This document shows positions 1 through 5,368 of a stretch of DNA of 5,368 nt, piece after piece. Source of the stretch: Amoeboradix gromovi X-113 (lineage: Eukaryota > Fungi > Sanchytriomycota). The notes beneath the pieces were generated by a model. It had not been told where the DNA came from. It did no database searches and saw nothing but the letters and a program-made list of their open reading frames with translations. The number at the start of each line of letters is the position of its first letter. Within the stretch, counting starts at the first letter, position 1. The stretch is taken from positions 1-5,368 of the forward strand of contig JADGIF010000665.1 of assembly GCA_018985225.1 (NCBI GenBank), written 5' to 3'. The position numbers and the translations under genes were made by a program.

Positions 1-1
1 G

Positions 2-133
2 AATGGATTACAAAGAAAGTGTTGTACTAGTTGTAGGCAAATGATGGAAATTATTACGGAGCAAATAATATGCCATGCGATAACGGCTGCAAGATTGGGA
101 TATAAGAAAGTAGACTACGCGCAAGGAATGTAA
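2..133 (+). CDS. Possible 3' end of a convergent gene entering from the left edge (unknown product)
   Basis: Frame 2 is open from the window edge to TAA at 131-133 (NGLQRKCCTSCRQMMEIITEQIICHAITAARLGYKKVDYAQGM*). It stops 36 bp before the glycerol kinase stop and is followed by ATTAAA at 163-168. No recognisable homology. Confidence 0.3.
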   Translation, partial: NGLQRKCCTSCRQMMEIITEQIICHAITAARLGYKKVDYAQGM

Positions 134-158
134 ATTCCTCAAGTGGCAGGTCTTCGAA

Positions 159-168
159 TTTAATTAAA
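159..168. terminator. Palindrome TTTAATTAAA giving an ATTAAA poly(A)-signal variant on both strands
   Basis: Perfect 10-bp palindrome just downstream of the glycerol kinase stop. ATTAAA reads at 164..159 on the minus strand and at 163..168 on the plus strand. Confidence 0.35.
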
Positions 169-169
169 G

Positions 170-1681
170 TTATTTACTCTTAACCCATTTTATCGCTAAC
201 ACTCCTAGTATAGCAGCTGCTAATCCAAACTTTAATAACTTCCTTTCGTATGTTTTCGATGGGATTGAAATATTTACTGCACTATGCCATGCATCCGCTA
301 CCTTTTTATCATACTTACTAGGCAGAAAGTGCTCACAATGATTTATAATCTCATCTTCTAGCTTGTATAATTTCAGAGATATTCCTGCTGCCACTGCACA
401 TCCCAGAGCAGTTGTTTCTCTCATATTTGGCCGTAGCACTGGTAATTGAGACATGTTGCTTTGCAACTGCATCAAAATGTTGCTGTTACAAACTCCACCG
501 TCAACTTTTATCTGACTTAGCCTAAGTTTAGCTTCTTTTGCCATCAAATTCAAAACAGTGTTTATTTGAATAGCAATTGACTCGTAGAATGCATATGCAA
601 TATGTGATGTGTTTGTAGCGTTTGAAATGTTCAGTAAGCACCCTTTAGCCGAGGGTTTCCAGTATGGCGCAAATGCCCCACTTAAAAAAGGCAAGAATAT
701 CACTCCTTCACTGCTACCTGCCTCTTCAGCCCGTGCACTCAGCTCTTTACCGCTTTTCACTAACCCTAGATCTGTCATCCATGTGATTACACTCCCCACA
801 TTGCTTACAGCTCCCTCTAGTGCATACTTTCGAACTCCATTTAGCTCATATCCCACAGTGGTTATCAGCCCACTTTTAGAGAATATGGGCTTGTCTGTAG
901 TCATCAGTAGAAAGCATCCTGTCCCATATGTACATTTACAGTCCCCAGCTTCAATGCACTTTTGACCAACAATAGCTGCCTGTTGATCTCCAAGAACACC
1001 ACAAATTAAACAGTTTTTATAATACGGAATATTTATTAATCCAAATGCATGGTCACACGCATGAATTGTGGGTAATTGCAGTTTTTCGAGACCGAACACC
1101 TTTAAGACCTCTAAATCCCATTTGCCAGTGTGTATATTCATCAGCATGGTCCTGCTAGCATTAGTTATATCTGTCTTATACTCACCCGTCAGTTTGTAAA
1201 GTAGAAACACATCTACAGTACCCACTCGAAGTGTCTTGTTCAAATATGCCTCCAAAACCTCTGGATTGTTCATTATCATCCATTTGATTTTTAAAGCACT
1301 AAAGTATGTAGAAAAGCATAAACCAGTTGAATTTAATAAATATTCACTACCATATTTGGTGGTGAATTCATTGCATAGGCCATCAGTACGGGAATCGTAC
1401 CAAACGATGCCATCTTCGAATACATGGCCACTTGATGTCCAAAATATTGTAGTTTCTCGTTGATTAGTTAATCCTATTCCTTTAATTGTTGGATGCGTTT
1501 GGAACGCCTGTTTGAGACATTGCTCGACTGATTTGTATAATTTATTTGGATTCACACTGGCATAGCCATGCTGAGGATGACTAATACTTAACTCTTCTGA
1601 GCATTGGTACTTGATTGTCCCATTCATGTTAAATATTATAACCCGAGTAGAAGTAGTGCCTTGATCGATAGCCAACAGCAT
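170..1681 (-). CDS. GUT1: Glycerol kinase (FGGY carbohydrate kinase family), 503 aa, intronless, with C-terminal hydrophobic tail
   Basis: Hallmark glycerol kinase motifs appear in order: LAIDQGTTSTR, IGLTNQRETT, YFSALKIKW, TDITNASRTMLMNI, GDQQAA, KCTYGTGCF, YALEG, APYW, VDGG, ETTALG. It is colinear with GlpK as recalled, with no insertions. Confidence 0.96.
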   Translation of the reverse strand: MLLAIDQGTTSTRVIIFNMNGTIKYQCSEELSISHPQHGYASVNPNKLYKSVEQCLKQAFQTHPTIKGIGLTNQRETTIFWTSSGHVFEDGIVWYDSRTDGLCNEFTTKYGSEYLLNSTGLCFSTYFSALKIKWMIMNNPEVLEAYLNKTLRVGTVDVFLLYKLTGEYKTDITNASRTMLMNIHTGKWDLEVLKVFGLEKLQLPTIHACDHAFGLINIPYYKNCLICGVLGDQQAAIVGQKCIEAGDCKCTYGTGCFLLMTTDKPIFSKSGLITTVGYELNGVRKYALEGAVSNVGSVITWMTDLGLVKSGKELSARAEEAGSSEGVIFLPFLSGAFAPYWKPSAKGCLLNISNATNTSHIAYAFYESIAIQINTVLNLMAKEAKLRLSQIKVDGGVCNSNILMQLQSNMSQLPVLRPNMRETTALGCAVAAGISLKLYKLEDEIINHCEHFLPSKYDKKVADAWHSAVNISIPSKTYERKLLKFGLAAAILGVLAIKWVKSK

Positions 1682-1723
1682 GTGTTTTGAAAAATAATGA
1701 ATGGAAAATCAAAATATAAACTT

Positions 1724-1729
1724 TTTATT
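1724..1729 (-). terminator. AATAAA polyadenylation signal of the LPMO-like gene
   Basis: AATAAA on the minus strand 10 nt after the TGA (tandem TGATGA), inside the 58-bp spacer before the glycerol kinase ATG. Confidence 0.45.
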
Positions 1730-1739
1730 AAGCGTTTCA

Positions 1740-2366
1740 TCAATTCGAATAGGCAGGTACTCCGGCAGGTGGTGCTACAGCCGCTGTTGGGACTGAATAT
1801 GGTGTCTCGGTAGTGGCCTGTGATAAAGCAGTTTCTAAACCAGGAAGATTAACCAGTTCCTCATCAGGAACAACAATTGAGGGTGTGCCAGCTGCAATAG
1901 CCGCTGGAGTCCCCACCGCTATGGTAGGGCTATTCGTGCCGTCAAAAGTTACATCCATGCACGAATCATAACTCTCAATTGAAGTGACCAAATGATCAGC
2001 AGCAACTGTTGCTTTTATTACACAACTAGTGCAGGAGTGTTTACTTAGATCTACGGTTAAGGCTTGTTTAGTGCTTACACAATTGTCTTCGCTTCCGATA
2101 TGTTCAGATGCTCCTGTCTTTGTGTCTATTAGATACGCGTCACACTGCCCAACATGGTGGGCACCGTTTCCTATTTCCCAATGTATAGTATATGGACCAC
2201 TGGGTACGACTGTAGGTTTAGTTGCTGGCAATTGCAAGCAATCAGTGACACTTCTTAGAACAGCACCTCCGCCTATTGGCCAAAACCTTTCGTTGCTAGC
2301 TGGCCATTTCGCTTGTTCTCTTGATCCAATTAATGTAAAATGACCAAAAACTACAGTAAATAACAT
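1740..2366 (-). CDS. Secreted histidine-brace copper protein, LPMO-like (family unassigned), 208 aa with Pro/Ala/Thr-rich C-terminal tail
   Basis: The first in-frame ATG is at 2366; the ORF-track start at 2420 is TTG. The hydrophobic leader MLFTVVFG is followed by His. Internal motifs are GAHHVGQC (HxGxC), CTSCVI and H-x5-ESYDSCMDV (ExYxxCxD). There are six Cys and a low-complexity tail after about 1940. Confidence 0.75.
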   Translation of the reverse strand: MLFTVVFGHFTLIGSREQAKWPASNERFWPIGGGAVLRSVTDCLQLPATKPTVVPSGPYTIHWEIGNGAHHVGQCDAYLIDTKTGASEHIGSEDNCVSTKQALTVDLSKHSCTSCVIKATVAADHLVTSIESYDSCMDVTFDGTNSPTIAVGTPAAIAAGTPSIVVPDEELVNLPGLETALSQATTETPYSVPTAAVAPPAGVPAYSN

Positions 2367-2389
2367 TATCACATAAAGCGCCTTTACCG

Positions 2390-2397
2390 TATTTATA
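2390..2397 (-). promoter_or_regulatory. TATA box (TATAAATA) of the LPMO-like gene
   Basis: Canonical TATAWAWR match, starting 31 nt upstream of the ATG at 2366. Confidence 0.5.
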
Positions 2398-2968
2398 GCA
2401 AAGCTGATTTGCGTGACCAAGCGACGACATCTTCACCCGATGACGATGTAATATGAAAGGCGTGACTCGCGACCATTTCAGATACACAATAATCAACAAA
2501 TAATGCGCACTCAAGGCTCTGTTCAATTGAAGGCTTATTAGCAATAATAATTGGATTTCAAGAATAGCATTACCAATCTGTAGCTGTAATTTGGTCGCGG
2601 CGTCTTCACCCTACATTGGCGTCGTTGGTATCAAGCGTAATGACGTATTAGAAGATAAACAAGTTGCCAGTTCTTTATTTGCCTTTAAGTTCTTTCACAG
2701 TTACTCAACAGACTTTCTATAACTTGAACGGAAATGATCCGTGAAAGAGTGTGACTGGGTTAAAAGGAGATAACTCAGAAAAGGAATTTCGACTTACCAA
2801 ACCCTCAAAAGAAGTACTGCATAAATCTTGTAGGTCTGCCGTACTGACAACAGCAAGCCCAAGTAAGGTAATGCACTTTATTAGCAAAACAGTTCCAGCA
2901 TGCTCACTTCCTGAAGAGTGTGTTGCAAGATAAACTGAGCGATCATTGCTTGCGTTGATAAAAAGTAA

Positions 2969-2974
2969 TTTATT
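2969..2974 (-). terminator. AATAAA polyadenylation signal of acyl-CoA oxidase
   Basis: AATAAA 7 nt after the TAA at 2984..2982, followed by a T-run. Confidence 0.5.
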
Positions 2975-2981
2975 TTCCTAC

Positions 2982-5086
2982 TTATTCTACTTGAGGCCCT
3001 TCATCCTGCTCATAACCCGGTACTAACAATGGTTTAATACTCTTTTCATAATAACTTGGTGGAAACTCTGTCTTGTTTAATTGGTTTACCAACTCAAAGT
3101 ACTTTTCATATACGTTTCCATCATATCTTCCAAATGGTGAGTTAATCATAAAGTCCTAAATTAGTATTAAATTACTGTAAAGCCAAATGCATCAGTAACA
3201 GCGACTGCTTCGCTTCTCAATTCCGCACATAGTCTACTCATTTCCAATGATGCTAATTCGAGGTCTTTGCCCTGTAAATATCCACTTGATAAGAATTCGG
3301 ATCCCAATTCTTTAATACTTGCATAAGCATATAACAAGCAAAACTTACTCATTAGTTCTTTAACTGGTCCGGTAGGTATTTCAATAACTGCATCAAAGAA
3401 TCTCTGGTACAAGTATCCAGTGCAATGAATTTTTGCAGCATGAAATCGTTCAAAGCTGGTTTCTTCAAACGCTTCTTCCACAGATTTTCCCTGTTTAACA
3501 AATTCAGCATATCTACAATACGCTCTATTTACAGCATGGGCGCTAACACATTCCCAGGCTACCTTTAAATTGTTTAAATTAAAGGATTTGCCCTCGTGCT
3601 TGAATTTTAAAATGTTTGGTAATTTGTTTAAATACCCTACACCACTTGGCATTTGGTGCTGTTTTGTGGTACGTAAATGTTGACATTGTACCAGGTATCT
3701 ACCTAATTGCAGTGTCAAAATAGTGTTATCACCTTCCCATGAGCACTGAACTGCAAAATCGTTATACAATCCTGGTAGTCCATTGTAACTGCTATAACCA
3801 TGTCCACCGCAAGCCTGTCTGCTCTGATCTATTATGTTTAAGGTATTCCAGGTGCAGAAAGCTTTTAAACCAGCACTAGTAGCGTGAGTCTCCTTCAACT
3901 CATTTAACAACAATTTGAGACCATTTGGATCATTAGTATCGGCTTTTGGGAGCTTTTCAGTGATTGACTCGAACATTTTATATACCTGATTAGCAGCAAA
4001 TTGCATCGCCAATGCTTGGGCTACTAATGGAATTAATCGATGCTGGTGGATTTGGTAATCCAAAAGCTTGCGCTCTGGTTCACCAAACTGTCTGCGAACG
4101 CAAGCATATCTTATGGCAATTATTAAGGCCTTTTTAGCAATATTGGCTGCATCCACCACCATGCTAACTCTACCTTGAATTAAGGCACCATAAGACAACT
4201 GCTCGAGGGCAGGCTCAGTCACTTTACCATCTACACTTACTTTGGAATGCTTCATCAGCATGTATGATCGAGGAATACGAACATTTGTAAACTGAATATA
4301 ACCATTATCGATACCATCCCTACCCATCTTCTTACCTATATCACCGATATTGATACCAGGCAGCAGTTTGTAAGTAGAAGGATCGCGTAAAGGGACAATA
4401 AACACTTTAACACCATGATCCTTTCCTAAGACAATCAGACGAGCATAAACAGCACAGTGGGTTGTAGAATGAGCAGCACCGCCAATCCACCATTTTGTAG
4501 CTTGCAAATTAGGAGTATTAATGATGAACTGTTGATTGTCTATATCATAGGTAGCCAAAGTTTCTATTCCTGCAACATTGCTACCATGTCCTAATTCTGT
4601 CATACCAAAGCAGCCAACTACACCCTGTAAGCTAAATGCACCTTTGTTTACCCAGTAAGTTAGCTGACTATCAGTACATCCGGATTGCAATGCACCGAGG
4701 AACAAGCCATAATGAACACCAAATCGAGTCCAAGTAGACGGATCATGAACAGACATGATGGACATTCTAAATCTGAAGTCTCCAAGAGGCTCTGTGGTAA
4801 CGAAATGGCGCAGCCAGCCAAACTTCTTAATAACTCTTTCACGCTCTTCAACAAGTGAAAGATGCGGGATATGTGACATTTTGAAGTTTGGGTCACGCTC
4901 GATTTCAAGCATGATTCGCAATTTTAATAACCATTTCTTCTTACCGTCGTTCAAGTACAGGAGCAAAGAGTCATCCTTGATTGAAGATTTCTCCCTTTCT
5001 GAGTCCAAGAGATTCACAGTGGTTTTGGAATACTCAGTTTGCAGAGTGTCCAATTGAGAATTGGCTTTAACTGATTCAGAGGACAT
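2982..5086 (-). CDS. POX1: Peroxisomal-type acyl-CoA oxidase, two exons (5086..3176 and 3155..2982), 694 aa
   Basis: Motifs: GVHYGLF, GCFGMTELGHGSNV, KWWIGG, GDIGKKMGRDGIDNG, IRYACVRRQF, RQACGGHGY, WEGDN. Removing 3175..3156 joins DAFGFT to DFMINSPFGRYDGNVYEKYF...KPLL, the expected C-terminal motif. The start at 5086 (MSSESVK) is preferred over 5155 because it shares the AAACACATG context with the glycerol kinase. Confidence 0.94.
3156..3175 (-). other. 20-nt spliceosomal intron GTAATTTAATACTAATTTAG (phase 0)
   Basis: It has a GT donor, a TACTAAT branch-point-like motif and a TAG acceptor, and is very AT-rich. It contains an in-frame TAA. Excision restores both frame and the conserved protein motif. 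Confidence 0.88.
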
Positions 5087-5368
5087 GTGTTTCAAATACC
5101 TCGTGAAAACAAATGGGACATACTCTATTAAAACTAAATCGGAGGCAAGATGCATTACAAGAAGAAATAGATGTTGAGTTAATATAAGGAAAGATTAATC
5201 AATAAGGTGCCCAAAAACATGTGGGACATCAAATATAAAAACTGGACTAACTTTCTGTAACAACTTGGAACATTATTTCAGCTTTATTAATTTTATGGAT
5301 TTAAGAGACGAGTGGACATTCAGCTAGTTGACGAGTATAAAAGGAAAATAAATAACTTTTTGTACAGC

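Noticed and set aside
609-965. 118-aa plus-strand ORF
   Set aside because: Antisense shadow of the glycerol kinase with a non-ATG start and no recognisable motifs.
1236-1463. 75-aa plus-strand ORF
   Set aside because: Antisense to the glycerol kinase; TTG start.
2029-2343. 104-aa plus-strand ORF
   Set aside because: Antisense shadow of the LPMO-like gene; GTG start.
2369-2374. ATGTGA start-stop micro-uORF just before the LPMO-like ATG
   Set aside because: It probably lies at or upstream of the TSS implied by the TATA box, and such hexamers are common by chance.
2296-2544. 82-aa minus-strand ORF, and possible upstream exons extending the LPMO-like leader
   Set aside because: It has a non-ATG start and overlaps the real gene out of frame. 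The GT-AG options ending at CTGTAG (2351) delete the hydrophobic leader and give no signal peptide.
2581-2717. RNase P-like CR-I (GAAAGTCTG) and CR-V-like (ACCAAATTACAGCTA) motifs on the minus strand
   Set aside because: The P4 pairing is short and out of register, the spacing is too small, and no other conserved regions were seen.
2717-2977. 60-aa plus-strand ORF (2751..2933) and the ATG-less open minus frame opposite it
   Set aside because: No credible start or homology. Joining the minus frame to the oxidase would need a 13-nt intron and ignores the AATAAA after its stop.
3167-3169. TAA-to-Gln reassignment or a pseudogene as the explanation for the premature oxidase stop
   Set aside because: Read-through would not restore the frame, the long ORFs have no internal TAA/TAG, and the insert has canonical splice signals.
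4660-5057. 82-aa minus and 100-aa plus ORFs
   Set aside because: Both lie wholly within the acyl-CoA oxidase CDS in alternative frames or on the antisense strand.
5087-5155. 23-aa N-terminal extension of the oxidase from ATG 5155, and a GTATGT donor-like site near 5123
   Set aside because: The extension has no family resemblance and the ATG at 5086 has the shared context. The candidate 24-nt intron ends in GAG and lacks a branch motif.
5189-5368. Faint HSF DNA-binding-domain resemblance (KYKNWTNFL*QL...FYGFKR)
   Set aside because: It has two in-frame TAA stops and wrong motif spacing, and no GT-AG intron repairs it. Too weak to call without an HMM search.

Overview
AT-rich, gene-dense eukaryotic DNA that looks fungal, probably from an early-diverging lineage with a compacted genome (inference). 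It uses the standard genetic code. Three genes lie on the minus strand. (1) A glycerol kinase (170..1681) with a C-terminal hydrophobic tail. (2) A small, apparently secreted His-brace protein resembling a lytic polysaccharide monooxygenase (1740..2366). Its leader is only 8 residues and its motifs fit no AA family cleanly. (3) A peroxisomal-type acyl-CoA oxidase, join(5086..3176,3155..2982), 694 aa. The ORF track truncates this gene because a 20-nt GT-AG intron (3175..3156) interrupts it. UTRs and spacers appear very short, with shared start-context (AAACACATG) and 3'-end (TAAATWACTTT) motifs. The only long non-coding gap (~2400..2960) is partly CpG-rich and contains hairpins plus a U3 box A-like motif. 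No tRNA, rRNA, CRISPR array or transposase was recognised.
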